Assembly (NCBI GenBank): GCA_020634755.1
Contig: JACKBC010000035.1
Coordinates: forward strand, 5,146-69,145
Reading direction: 5' to 3'
Length of the DNA: 64,000 nucleotides
Source of the DNA: Caldilineaceae bacterium
GTDB lineage: Bacteria > Chloroflexota > Anaerolineae > Caldilineales > Caldilineaceae
The notes under the pieces are model-generated. The model was not told the DNA's origin. It saw only the letters and a list, made by a program, of their open reading frames with translations, and searched no databases. Shown in pieces: positions 15,762 to 25,488 of this stretch (the stretch's first letter is position 1; every line of letters starts with the position of its first letter). A program made the translations under genes and the position numbers.

Positions 15762-18512
15762 ATGTCTAAGCTGTTTGGTGCACCGACACAAGAGGCGTTG
15801 AATTTTGTACGCAATCAGCGCCCACTTGTTGTTTTGCTGGTAGCCGCTATTTTTGTAGAAACGGGACATTTGTGGACGTATAGCAGCGCATCGAATCTGA
15901 CGACGCTTTGGGTTGTTGCTATGGGCGCGACAATAGCGGGTAGTGTTTTGGCGTTGTGGCTGCTTTATCGTAAGCATCCTATTGCGGCGCTATTCATGTT
16001 CCTCGTTGTATTCAATGTCAGCACCACATATCACCCCCTGCTGACGGCGCGTTCGCTCTTTGAAGTGATCACGGGCATTGCCTTTGCCCTCTTTATTGTG
16101 CGGTTGACCTTTGGCCTTTCCGGCTTCCTGTTTGCCTGTGTGGCTAATGCGGTTATGTTGACCATGTTTTGGATCGGTAATCAGAGCGGTTTACTCTCGT
16201 TTCCTTTGGAATTGAACAATTTTCAAAATAGCGTCCACAATGGGTTGTGGATTGGATATGCCGCGTTGATGCTGTATGTGCTTTATAGAGCCATCAGCAA
16301 GGAGATCAACAACCATCTGTACATTCATCAACAGCTCAAGCATAACGGCATGATTGTGCAAAACGTGTCGGACGCCATCGTTTCGTGTACCCTGCCCGAT
16401 TTTAAGATCGCCAATTGGAATCGAGCCGCTGAGGAGATTTATGGGTGGTCGGCGGACGAAGTGATTGGTAAAACTTCAAGAGATGTATTCAATACCCATA
16501 TTACATTGGAAGAACGTGAGCATATTTTGGTGCATGTTGCGCAGCATGGCCACTGGATTGGTGAGCTGGAGGAAACACACAAAGGTGGTCATTCTATTTT
16601 TGTGCGCGTTTCGTTTTCCCTGCTCAAAGATGCAACAGGTCGACCAATCGTATTGGTAGGCGTTAGCCAAGACATCACGTTGCAAAAACAGACAGAGAAA
16701 GCACTGGAGCGGCGTGAGGCTATTTTAGAAGTTGTCCATTTCGCAGCCGAGCGCTTCCTGAAAGCACACGATTGGCGCGATCATGTTAACGAGCTTTTAC
16801 ACCGATTGGGGCTGGCTACCGAGGCGATGCGCGTCTGTCTGTTTGAAGACCGCATCGAGGCAGACGGCCTGCGCTGGACCCGTGAAAGTTACACCTGGCA
16901 ACGCAATGTTGAATCGCCGGAGCTGAATTCGGGCGAGATAAATTTTGACAATATGGGCCTGTCGCACTGGCGTCGGATCTATGAAGCGGGGCAGCCGATC
17001 TCTGTGCAAATGTCGACAGCTTTGCCGGCTGAGCGTCAGTATATGGAAATGGCCGGCGTGTCTTGCAAACTGGGCGTGCCGATCTTTGTCGATCAGAAAC
17101 TTTATGGCAGTCTCTGTTTAGGGCAGTTGGAAGGCCAGGACGTCTGGCAGCCCGTTGAAATGGAGGCGCTTTCGATAGCGGCCAATATTTTGGGCGCGGC
17201 TATCGAGCATCAGGCCGCATTGCGTTCTCTCTTGCAAAAGCAAAAACTTGAGGAGATCGGGTTGCTGGCCGGGGGAATTGCCCACGATTTTAACAATTTG
17301 CTGACTGGAATTCTAAGCCAAAATTCATTGGTAGAGCGTTGCTTGGAGCCTGAAAACAGAGCGTTGAAACATGTTCACAAAATGCGGGCCGCTGCATTGC
17401 GCGCGTCCGATTTGACGCAAAAGCTGCTGGCGTATGCCGGCAAAGGACATTTTGTATTTGAAGAAGTAGATATAAATGCGGTGATCAAAGAGACAATCGA
17501 ACTAATGGATGTTTCTGTGCATCAACAGCAAACCTTGAGTTTGCTGTTAGCCCCCCAGCTACGGCCTCTTTGGGTAGATTCGAGCCAGCTTCAGCAAGTC
17601 ATATTAAATCTCTTGATAAACGCATTTGAAGCCCCCAAAAATGAGCGGCTTCAGAGGGGGAATGGTCGGTATCCTGCAAATGGTCAGCGGGCGAATGTGG
17701 TCGTGGAAACCTTTATGCGTACCATTGGCGCCAATGCCCAGGATGAATTGCAAGATTTTGTGGGGGTTGAGAATTGGAAGCCGGGGCCTTATGTGTGTCT
17801 AAAAATTCGTGATCACGGCAACGGCATGGATGCGGCCACGGTGAGCCAGATTTTTACTCCCTTCTTTAGCACAAAAGGGAGCGGTCGCGGATTAGGTCTG
17901 GCGGCCTGTTTAGGCATTGTGCGGGCTTTGGGGGGTGGTATTCGTGTAGAAAGCCAGCTCGGGATTGGATCCTCTTTTGAAGTACGCTTTCCGTGTCGTA
18001 CGCTAAATATTGAGCCGCCAGATACGCCCGTAGACCGTGATGCTGCTGCAGAACCCCCAAACGCGCTGCCAATATATTCAGCATTTGAAAATGAAGCCGC
18101 CGTAAATGGCCCCCAGAACCTGGCGGCAAAATCGCAAAAAGTGCTGGTGATTGATGATGAACCGTCTATCCGAGAAACGACCACCGACATTATGGCATTG
18201 TGCAATATGGAGGTCATGACGGCTGAAAATGGCCCCGATGGCATTGAGCTGTTTCGTCAACACTGGGCGGAACTGGCCTGCGTAATCGTGGATATGGAGA
18301 TGCCGCACATGAATGGGATTGAAGTCATTCGGCGGCTCTATCAAATTGACGCCAACGCAACGATTCTACTTTCCTCCGGATATACGAAAGCGGAGATTTC
18401 CCCGCAGTTCGGTGAAGAAAAGCCGGCTGAATTTCTGCAGAAGCCTTATGACATGCACAAATTGATCGATGCTGTGCGCCAATGTACCGTTGAGCCACAA
18501 GTTGTGCACTGA
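15762..18512 (+). CDS. Membrane-anchored PAS-GAF hybrid sensor histidine kinase / response regulator
   Basis: 916 aa. ~5-6 N-terminal hydrophobic helices. PAS-like segment (NWNRAAEEIYGW). H-box GGIAHDFNNLL. G-boxes GRGLGLA...GIGSSF. C-terminal receiver (VLVIDDEP...VDMEMPHMNG). Confidence 0.85.
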   Translation: MSKLFGAPTQEALNFVRNQRPLVVLLVAAIFVETGHLWTYSSASNLTTLWVVAMGATIAGSVLALWLLYRKHPIAALFMFLVVFNVSTTYHPLLTARSLFEVITGIAFALFIVRLTFGLSGFLFACVANAVMLTMFWIGNQSGLLSFPLELNNFQNSVHNGLWIGYAALMLYVLYRAISKEINNHLYIHQQLKHNGMIVQNVSDAIVSCTLPDFKIANWNRAAEEIYGWSADEVIGKTSRDVFNTHITLEEREHILVHVAQHGHWIGELEETHKGGHSIFVRVSFSLLKDATGRPIVLVGVSQDITLQKQTEKALERREAILEVVHFAAERFLKAHDWRDHVNELLHRLGLATEAMRVCLFEDRIEADGLRWTRESYTWQRNVESPELNSGEINFDNMGLSHWRRIYEAGQPISVQMSTALPAERQYMEMAGVSCKLGVPIFVDQKLYGSLCLGQLEGQDVWQPVEMEALSIAANILGAAIEHQAALRSLLQKQKLEEIGLLAGGIAHDFNNLLTGILSQNSLVERCLEPENRALKHVHKMRAAALRASDLTQKLLAYAGKGHFVFEEVDINAVIKETIELMDVSVHQQQTLSLLLAPQLRPLWVDSSQLQQVILNLLINAFEAPKNERLQRGNGRYPANGQRANVVVETFMRTIGANAQDELQDFVGVENWKPGPYVCLKIRDHGNGMDAATVSQIFTPFFSTKGSGRGLGLAACLGIVRALGGGIRVESQLGIGSSFEVRFPCRTLNIEPPDTPVDRDAAAEPPNALPIYSAFENEAAVNGPQNLAAKSQKVLVIDDEPSIRETTTDIMALCNMEVMTAENGPDGIELFRQHWAELACVIVDMEMPHMNGIEVIRRLYQIDANATILLSSGYTKAEISPQFGEEKPAEFLQKPYDMHKLIDAVRQCTVEPQVVH

Positions 18513-18708
18513 GCGTCAATTTGTGGCCTCCATACGCAAACTGAGTAGCTTGAGCGCAAAGACGCACACGCATAAAAAATCGAACGCGGCCATTGACCAA
18601 GACACCTTTTCTTCTTCCTCCTCACAGCTCTCCCAAACCCCCATCAGGTCGGCAGACAAATTTTATCGACTATAGACGAATGGTATATACTTGCTCTATA
18701 AGTTAGCT

Positions 18709-18769
18709 ATATAAAGCGAAGCCCCACCCCAGGCAACCATAAACGCTGGGTGGGGCTTCGCTTTATATA
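18709..18769. terminator. Long perfect hairpin (atataaagcgaagccccaccc ... gggtggggcttcgctttatat)
   Basis: ~20-bp stem read directly, 200 nt after the kinase stop. No clear U-tract. Confidence 0.45.
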
Positions 18770-18962
18770 TGGTGTATACAGGGCATATGGATTCAAAGAG
18801 ATTTTACGTTAGATACGATTTGCAGAGCATCAGGAGATCGCCAGGAGTGGTGGGTGGCCAGCGGTTTTGATTTGATGCTTGCGTACGTTTTTAAGTTTCC
18901 ATGATGGCTCTGTGCTACGCACAACCGCCATCATACAACTCCTAAAAGCGAAGGCCAAGGCT

Positions 18963-20261
18963 ATGGAAGAAATAAATGTGGGCTTAATTTTGTTGTGGAT
19001 CGCACTCATCCTGTTTTTTGCGCGCATTTCGTTGCTCATCGAACGGTGGGGGCAGCCGCCCGTGCTGGGTGAACTGGTGGTGGGCGTCATTTTGGGCAAT
19101 TTAGGCTTAGTGGGTATTCATCTGTTCCAACCCATTAGCCAAAGCGAAATTATGCGCTTTCTAGCCGAATTGGGCGTGGTGATTCTGCTCTTTCAGGTGG
19201 GGCTGGAATCTAACTTTGCCGAAATGCGCCGTGTGGGCGGGCGGGCACTGCTGGTAGCCATGGTGGGCGTCATAACGCCCTTTGTGCTGGGGACCTACGT
19301 GGTGGGGCCGTTGTTGCTACCCGGGCTGTCATTCAACACCTATCTATTTCTGGGGGCTACCCTCACGGCCACCTCGGTGGGCATTACCGCGCGCGTCTTC
19401 CAAGATCTGAACATGCTGCGTTCGCCCGAAGCGCAAATTGTGCTGGGAGCAGCCGTGATCGACGACGTCATGGGGCTGATTATTCTGGCCGTGGTGTCGG
19501 CCATTGTGACCGCTGGGACCTTTAGCCTGCTCAGCGTGGGCATTATCACGGTAAAGGCGCTGGGCTTTTTGGTGGGGGCCATTGTCATCGGCCAGCTGGT
19601 GGCGCCGCTTTTGGGGCGCGCGCTGTCGACCATCAACACCGGCAAAGGCATGAAGCTGACGTTGGCGCTCTGTTTTGGCTTTGTGTGCGCCTACCTGGCC
19701 AGCATCATGGGGCTGGCGCCCATTGTGGGGGCTTTTGCCGCCGGTCTGGTGCTGGACCCGGTCCACTTTCGCCACTTTGAAAATCCTGAAATTGTTGACG
19801 AATTGCGCGTCCAGTTGGCGCACACCCCGCTGGAATCTAAAGACACCATTGTCGCAGTGATCGACCACCACGCCGAGCGTCACATTACCGATTTGCTGGA
19901 ACCCATTGGCAATTTTTTGGTGCCCATTTTCTTTGTGCTCACCGGCATGAACGTGCAATTAGAGACGCTCTTTGACCCGCAGATTCTGTTGGTGGCTTTG
20001 GGCATCACCGTGGTGGCTTTTGCTGGCAAGGCCGTTTCGGGGCTGGTGGCGGGGCCGGTCAACAAAGCGCTTGTGGGCTGGGGCATGGCCCCGCGTGGCG
20101 AAGTGGGGCTGATATTTGCGGCTATTGGTGAACAGATGGGCGTTATTTCCGCTCAAGTGTACGGGGTGGTGATCATTGTCGTTATTCTTACCACGTTGCT
20201 CACACCCCTGATCCTTAACTGGTTGGCTGCCCGCCAATTGCGTGAACAACCTTCATTTTAA
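18963..20261 (+). CDS. Cation:proton antiporter (CPA2 / Na+-H+ exchanger family)
   Basis: The track ORF starts at TTG 18879; the first ATG is 18963 (MEEINVGL...). ~12 hydrophobic helices. GELVVGVILG and the family-typical GLE/GAF segments. Confidence 0.8.
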   Translation: MEEINVGLILLWIALILFFARISLLIERWGQPPVLGELVVGVILGNLGLVGIHLFQPISQSEIMRFLAELGVVILLFQVGLESNFAEMRRVGGRALLVAMVGVITPFVLGTYVVGPLLLPGLSFNTYLFLGATLTATSVGITARVFQDLNMLRSPEAQIVLGAAVIDDVMGLIILAVVSAIVTAGTFSLLSVGIITVKALGFLVGAIVIGQLVAPLLGRALSTINTGKGMKLTLALCFGFVCAYLASIMGLAPIVGAFAAGLVLDPVHFRHFENPEIVDELRVQLAHTPLESKDTIVAVIDHHAERHITDLLEPIGNFLVPIFFVLTGMNVQLETLFDPQILLVALGITVVAFAGKAVSGLVAGPVNKALVGWGMAPRGEVGLIFAAIGEQMGVISAQVYGVVIIVVILTTLLTPLILNWLAARQLREQPSF

Positions 20262-20286
20262 TTAAATAAAATCGATTTGAAAACTA

Positions 20287-20315
20287 TTGACAAGTAGAGC
20301 ATCTTGTTGTATGAT
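20287..20315 (+). promoter_or_regulatory. Near-consensus sigma70-type promoter (TTGACA - 17 nt - TATGAT)
   Basis: TTGACA at 20287-20292 and TATGAT at 20310-20315. Flanked on both sides by AAATCGATTT palindromes (near 20270 and 20336). Confidence 0.5.
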
Positions 20316-20571
20316 ATCATTATTCTATTATTTTTAAATCGATTTTAGATAAGTATAAAGATGCCGTAGCGGGGCTCCCGCCAGCGCTACATACGTTCGC
20401 TACATACATCGTGAAATAATGTCGGCTCAATGGGTTCTCGTGTGGTCGCCTTTCAGGAAGAGGCAGAGATAGCTTTGGCTCGCGCGAAAATGGTAGTGGC
20501 CTCTTCCTAGAAGGGAGTGCGGCCAGAATGTCAACCCCTGAGATCTAAAAGAGCCATATTGTCTTTTGGTC

Positions 20572-21147
20572 ATGCAAAATATGGAACCCGTATCTGAGTT
20601 GTGGCTGCGTGATGTCGAAACCATCAAAGTGTTTGCCGATTCCCTGCGTTTAAAAATTATCAAGCGCATGGAAGAGCCGATTACGGTGAAACAGGTGGCG
20701 GAAGAGCTTGATATTCCGGCGGCCAAACTTTACTATCATATTAACCTGTTGCAAAAACATGGCTTGATTCAAGTCGTGGGGCACAACTTGGAAACCGGCA
20801 TTGTCGAGAAGATCTACCAAGTGACGGCGCGTCAGTTTAAGCTGGTCAATCCGCTGATTGCCGGCGCTGAATTTCCAACAGAGGCCGCCAGCGCGCTCTT
20901 TGGCAATATGCTGGCGGAAACGGCCCAGGATTTTCTGCACGCCCTGACCCAACGCGATGCCAATGAGGGTGAGCCGCCTCGCCACCCTTTTTTATCTAAG
21001 AAAGCGTTTAGATTGACCGACGCTCAGCTCACCGCACTGCATGGGCAGCTCGACGCGCTGATCCAACAGGTGACGGCGCTGGGCGCAGAAAATGCCGATC
21101 TCGATGAACCTCAATTTGAACTGACGCTTGTGTTTTACAAATCATAA
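20572..21147 (+). CDS. ArsR-family winged-helix transcriptional regulator with C-terminal extension
   Basis: The track ORF starts at TTG 20566; ATGs are at 20572 and 20581. RLKIIKRM...PITVKQVAEELDIPAAKLYYHINLLQKHGLI is an ArsR/HTH_20 pattern. Confidence 0.7.
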   Translation: MQNMEPVSELWLRDVETIKVFADSLRLKIIKRMEEPITVKQVAEELDIPAAKLYYHINLLQKHGLIQVVGHNLETGIVEKIYQVTARQFKLVNPLIAGAEFPTEAASALFGNMLAETAQDFLHALTQRDANEGEPPRHPFLSKKAFRLTDAQLTALHGQLDALIQQVTALGAENADLDEPQFELTLVFYKS

Positions 21148-21296
21148 TGGCTTTTTGGGGATTTCATGCTTCGGCTGCGCTCATCAAAGCAGTGGTGGAC
21201 AACAGATAGCCCCGGCACTTTCGACGCGATGACTCGGTAGACGAAACGAAATGCCGGGGACGTCAACCACATGAGATCCGGTTGAACCATCCGAAT

Positions 21297-21360
21297 CAGT
21301 AGATCGCAAGAGATAGCGTCGGATTCAGTAGGGCCATTGCGAACTTGGTAATCGCAACGC
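21297..21360 (+). repeat. Family M1 element, degenerate copy
   Basis: The first 16 nt, cagtagatcgcaagag, are identical to 48028-48043. Similarity decays after ..cggattca... Confidence 0.55.
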
Positions 21361-21469
21361 ATAAATCCGGCCGCTCGCAATGAAAAGCCGCCGCTGCGGC
21401 TAAATGGCAAGCGGTTGAGACCGCCTTTCCGTGTCAGCCGCGGGTTTTAACTTTTTTATGGTAAGCGCT

Positions 21470-21531
21470 GGCCCTATCGAATTCAGCAATCGAGACCGAC
21501 GCCTACATCGCCAACAGCATCGCGATATACT
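21470..21531 (+). repeat. Family M1 element, 3' two-thirds only
   Basis: attcagcaatcgagaccgacgcctacatcgccaacag aligns with attcaccaatcgagaccgacgcctgtatcgccaacac of 48057-48093. Confidence 0.7.
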
Positions 21532-21599
21532 GATAACACGACGCTGTTGCCGCATCTTGCGCTTAAAAGTGATTGCTCGCAATCCACAGGAGAAATGCC

Positions 21600-22466
21600 A
21601 TGACCCCTGCCAGTGAATATCTGCTTGTGCTTGCCCATCAAATTGCCCAGCCATACAGCCACTTGCCAACTATCCGCGCCGCCATGGTAACCGGCTCAAC
21701 GGCCAAAGGTATATCGGACTACTATTCCGACCTGGATATGACCATGTATTATGCCAACGAGCTGCCGTCTGAGCGCGAGTTGGCGGCAATTCGGCAGCTG
21801 CACGGCGCCAATGAGCGCAAGTGGCTCATTGGGGATCGCAGCACAAATTCATTTGCGGAAGCGTATGATGTGCATGGCATTGAAGTTCAGATCGGCCACA
21901 CCACAATTGCCGTTTGGGAAGACACAATCGCCGAAGTGCTGGAGAAGCTCACGTGCGACGCGCCCATCCAGAAGGCGCTGGAAGGCACGCTGGCTTGCCA
22001 GGCGCTATATGGCGCCGAGTATATTGAGCGCTGGCAGGCGCAGATCGGCGCATATCCACCGGCGTTGGCCGAGGCCATGGTTAAGAAACATCTGGCGTTT
22101 TTCCCCGTATGGGGCTTGCAGCCGCACTTCCGCACCCGCGACGCCGCCATTTGGTATCATCAGATATTGGTGGAGGCTGCGCACAATCTCATGGGCGTGT
22201 TGGCCGGGCTGAATCGCCTTTATTTCACCACGTTTCAATTTAAGCGCATGGGCTACTTTATCCATCAAATGGAAATTGCGCCCCCCAACCTGGCCGCACG
22301 GCTGGACGCTATTTTCCAACCCGACATGCCGCGCGCCATGGCCGAATTGGAGATGCTGGTGGCCGAAACGGTGGCGCTTGTGGAAAAATATATGCCCAAT
22401 GTGGACACCGCCCGCGCCAAGCGCCGTCTCGGCTGGCGCATTCAGCCGTGGACGCCGGTGACGTGA
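21600..22466 (+). CDS. Pol-beta-superfamily nucleotidyltransferase domain protein
   Basis: GS-x10-DLD motif (TGSTAKGISDYYSDLDMT). ATG 21600 is preceded by AGGAGA at 6 nt. The C-terminal helical domain is unassigned. Confidence 0.55.
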   Translation: MTPASEYLLVLAHQIAQPYSHLPTIRAAMVTGSTAKGISDYYSDLDMTMYYANELPSERELAAIRQLHGANERKWLIGDRSTNSFAEAYDVHGIEVQIGHTTIAVWEDTIAEVLEKLTCDAPIQKALEGTLACQALYGAEYIERWQAQIGAYPPALAEAMVKKHLAFFPVWGLQPHFRTRDAAIWYHQILVEAAHNLMGVLAGLNRLYFTTFQFKRMGYFIHQMEIAPPNLAARLDAIFQPDMPRAMAELEMLVAETVALVEKYMPNVDTARAKRRLGWRIQPWTPVT

Positions 22467-22470
22467 GGAA

Positions 22471-22546
22471 GTTGATCAACAGATTACATAGATTACACGG
22501 ATTTCAGGCTGAAAATTTTGAGAATCCGTGTAATCTGTTGATCAAC
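22471..22546. repeat. Word-repeat hairpin, CAGATTA-CACGGATT family
   Basis: gttgatcaacagattacatagattacacggatt ... aatccgtgtaatctgttgatcaac. The right arm is the exact reverse complement of the left arm minus a 9-nt duplication. Starts 5 nt after the upstream stop. Confidence 0.85.
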
Positions 22547-22577
22547 TTTTCCTATTCCGGTTTCGAAAGGAGATCCC

Positions 22578-22928
22578 ATGATTAAGCCTGGTCACTTGGA
22601 GTTTTTTGTGGAAAATCCGCTGCACGCAAAACAATTTTATGCAGAGGCGCTGGGGTGTACGGTGACGACCGTGCAGGAGGAACAGTTTGTGTGGTTGCAA
22701 TTGGGGGCGCAGGAAATTTTGCTGCGGCCGGGACCGCGGCAGGCGCCTCCGCAGGATTATGATCATTCACGCATTGGCATGGTGCTTTATACGGATGACT
22801 TGCCGCAAGCCGTGGCGCACTTAGAGAAGCACGGCGTCACGTTTTGCGCGATGCCGGATGGCTGCTACACCTTTGCGGACTCGGATGGAAACTGGTTTCA
22901 ATTGGTGGACCCGAGCAGCCATGCGTGA
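22578..22928 (+). CDS. VOC (glyoxalase / bleomycin-resistance / dioxygenase) family protein
   Basis: 116 aa. H.EF.V beta-alpha-beta-beta-beta module. ATG preceded by AAAGGAGA. Confidence 0.75.
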   Translation: MIKPGHLEFFVENPLHAKQFYAEALGCTVTTVQEEQFVWLQLGAQEILLRPGPRQAPPQDYDHSRIGMVLYTDDLPQAVAHLEKHGVTFCAMPDGCYTFADSDGNWFQLVDPSSHA

Positions 22929-22967
22929 CTGGTTTTTCGTACGTCAGGCCTGCGGCAGCAGAAAATT

Positions 22968-23037
22968 GCGAATGGTGAATGGCTAATTGTGAATGAGCCG
23001 TAGCTTGTAGCCAGCCTCATTCACAATTTACCATTCA
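22968..23037. terminator. Heptamer-word hairpin (GCGAATG GTGAATG GCTAATT GTGAATG AG ... CTCATTCACAATTTACCATTCAC) at convergent gene ends
   Basis: 23-nt arms with 2 mismatches, read directly. Lies between the VOC stop (22928) and the S9 peptidase stop (23117). Confidence 0.55.
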
Positions 23038-23116
23038 CTATTAAAACTTGTCTCGACCAACAATGTAACTCGCCGCGCCTCCAGAATCTGAACCAGTTCA
23101 CGCACCACGCACCACG

Positions 23117-25102
23117 CTACACATACCTCTGCATCCACTCCAACAGCGCCTCATTCTGCGCCCGCCGAATGGCCGGTTTGCCCCCAATGGCGCCGGCGTG
23201 CGAGCCACCGGGCAGCCGCAGCATCTCGACCACACAGCCATTGGCTTTGAGCACATTGTAAAATTGTTCGGCCTGCTCGGCGGGGCAGCGGTAATCGGCC
23301 TCGCACTGCACCAGCAGCGTGGGCGTGGTGCAGCGGTGCGCATAGCTAATGGGCGAGCAACGAACGTACACATCCGGAATTTCGTGGGGGTGGCCGCCCA
23401 ACTCCTCAACGGCAAACCAGACCCCAATATCGCTGACGCCGTAAAAGCTGACCCAATTGGTGACCGGATTTTCCGGCACGGCGGCTTTGAAGCGGTCAGT
23501 CTGCCCCACGATCCAGCAGCTTAAATTGCCGCCCCCCGACAGACCACATACGCCCAATCGATTGGCATCGACCAGACCGCAGTCAATGGCTGCATCCACC
23601 CCGGCCATTAGATCTGTGTAGTCCAGATTGCCCCAATCGCCTTTGATGGCGGTGGAAAAGACGTCGCCATAGCCAGTGGACGCCCGGTGGTTGACCATGA
23701 GTACGGCGTAGCCAGCGCCAGTCAGCATTTGCGTATCAAAATGATACATGTGGCCAAAGGCGCTGTGCGGACCCCCATGAATGTAGAGAATGGTCGGATA
23801 GGGCGGCTCCCCGTGCGGTGGCGCAATTAGCCAGCCTTCGACCGCCGCCCCATCCGCCCCGCTGAAATGCAGCTGCTCCACGGTGGGCCTGGCCATTTCT
23901 GTGGCCGCAGCCCCATTGAGCCCAGTAAGCTGCGCTTCGTTGCCGCCCTCTAAGTCAGAAACGAACAGATCTGGCGGCTGGTTGAACCCGCTGACCCAAT
24001 AGAGTAATTTGCCCGCTGCGCTTTGTAACCCCAATGGGACGCAGGCCCGCTCGCCGCTCAAAATGGCTTCATGCGCTTCAGGGCCGTGCAGCGCCACGCG
24101 GTAAATCTGAATGGCGCCGCCGTCTTGCACTTGCACAAAGGCCGTTGCGCCATCTGCGGTCACCAAAATGTCGCGGCTGCGGAAGAGCGCCGTGGGCATA
24201 TCTGGTTGCAGCCCGCCACCCACACCAATGGCCAAAGTGGCCGTGCGGTTTTCCGGCGCGCTGCGTCCATCTGCCCCTATCACCCATAGATCGGCTTTGC
24301 TGCCAATGGGCTTGCCGGACGGCGTACCCGTAAAGACCACATGGTCGCCATTGGGCGTCCACGCAAAACTGCTGATGTACCCCCAATCCGCAGATAGATG
24401 AGGCGAGAAATCTTGCTGCTCGCCAGCCAAATTGACCGTGCGCAGAACGGGCGCGATGCTCCGAAAACTATCTGGCAGCATAGATGCCGCATAGAGAATA
24501 CGTTCGCCCCCTGGCGCGCCGCCCGGCGCCCAGTGGGGCTGCGTGTTCATGGCGGCGTCGTGGGTCAGCCGCGTGGGTTCACCACCGGCGGCGTCGATCG
24601 CGTAAATATCCTGCACCGCGGTATCCAGATAGCCGGTGGCGTCAAAGCGATAGACGTGGCGCGTCAGCCGGTATGGCTTGCTTAAGTTGGGCGCGGCATT
24701 TTCAGGCGGACCGGCGGTAAACGCAATTTTGGCGCCATTGGGCGACCAGGCCAGGTCTGCGCCTACACCCTGGGGCAGCTGGGTTAGGGCGCGCGCTTCG
24801 CCACCATCCACGGGCAGCAGGTAGATTTGCGGTTTTTCCGCACGCGTGGATACAAACGCCAGCGTCTGACCATCAGGCGCCCATTGCGGATTGCTGTTGC
24901 TGTGGGCGCCGTGGGTCATCTGGCGCGCCTGCCCATCTTCCAGCTCAACGAGCCAAATGTGGGCGCGGTCTTCATCGGCCTCGGCGTCATAGGTAGAGAC
25001 CACATAGGCGGCGCGCCGGCCATCGGGCGAGAGCGCAGCGGATTGCAGAAATCGGAGGGTGAAGAGATCGTCGGGTTGGATTGGGCGTGGCGTGGGTGAC
25101 AT
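23117..25102 (-). CDS. S9 family serine peptidase (prolyl oligopeptidase / acylaminoacyl-peptidase type) with N-terminal beta-propeller
   Basis: 661 aa. Repeated WSPDG/WAPDG propeller motifs. Nucleophile elbow GLSGGG. C-terminal alpha/beta hydrolase domain. Confidence 0.85.
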   Translation of the reverse strand: MSPTPRPIQPDDLFTLRFLQSAALSPDGRRAAYVVSTYDAEADEDRAHIWLVELEDGQARQMTHGAHSNSNPQWAPDGQTLAFVSTRAEKPQIYLLPVDGGEARALTQLPQGVGADLAWSPNGAKIAFTAGPPENAAPNLSKPYRLTRHVYRFDATGYLDTAVQDIYAIDAAGGEPTRLTHDAAMNTQPHWAPGGAPGGERILYAASMLPDSFRSIAPVLRTVNLAGEQQDFSPHLSADWGYISSFAWTPNGDHVVFTGTPSGKPIGSKADLWVIGADGRSAPENRTATLAIGVGGGLQPDMPTALFRSRDILVTADGATAFVQVQDGGAIQIYRVALHGPEAHEAILSGERACVPLGLQSAAGKLLYWVSGFNQPPDLFVSDLEGGNEAQLTGLNGAAATEMARPTVEQLHFSGADGAAVEGWLIAPPHGEPPYPTILYIHGGPHSAFGHMYHFDTQMLTGAGYAVLMVNHRASTGYGDVFSTAIKGDWGNLDYTDLMAGVDAAIDCGLVDANRLGVCGLSGGGNLSCWIVGQTDRFKAAVPENPVTNWVSFYGVSDIGVWFAVEELGGHPHEIPDVYVRCSPISYAHRCTTPTLLVQCEADYRCPAEQAEQFYNVLKANGCVVEMLRLPGGSHAGAIGGKPAIRRAQNEALLEWMQRYV

Positions 25103-25488
25103 GGGTTAGAGCCTCATTTGCTGGGTTGTGTGCATTGATTTTTGTTCGGAATTCGGCTTGCAATCTATCGTTATGAGATTATGTAACATTATTCTTTCCG
25201 AATTCAGGTTTTAGCCTTTCGTGCAATCATATCACTTTGTATCAAGACTGATGAAACTTCTTTATCGGTGTTGGCTCTGAAAAACTATAGATTAAACCTA
25301 TGCTTCTGGTTTAAATGAACCACCGCAAAACATTGTATAATAGGCGAAAATTATTGCAGAATATTTGTTCTTGTTGGTATTTAATAAGAGAAAAGGGAGC
25401 CGGTGCCAGAGCATGACTATGAATGCGTTGCGCTCGAATGGGTTGAAGATTTGCGCCACTTGTGGATATAGCCGCATCGCTCTAAACA

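Noticed and set aside
15312-18800. Genomic island or prophage signature for the AT-richer blocks (15312-18800, 25103-26200, 38208-42437, 53366-55140).
   Set aside because: No integrase, transposase, tRNA attachment site or flanking direct repeats were found. Composition was judged by eye only and needs a computed GC/codon-usage profile.
20340-20565. Known riboswitch, SRP RNA or 6S RNA in the leader upstream of the ArsR-like gene.
   Set aside because: I could not match any consensus I know (SRP GGAAG/AGCA motif, c-di-GMP, yybP-ykoY, T-box). It is kept only as an unclassified structured leader in the findings.
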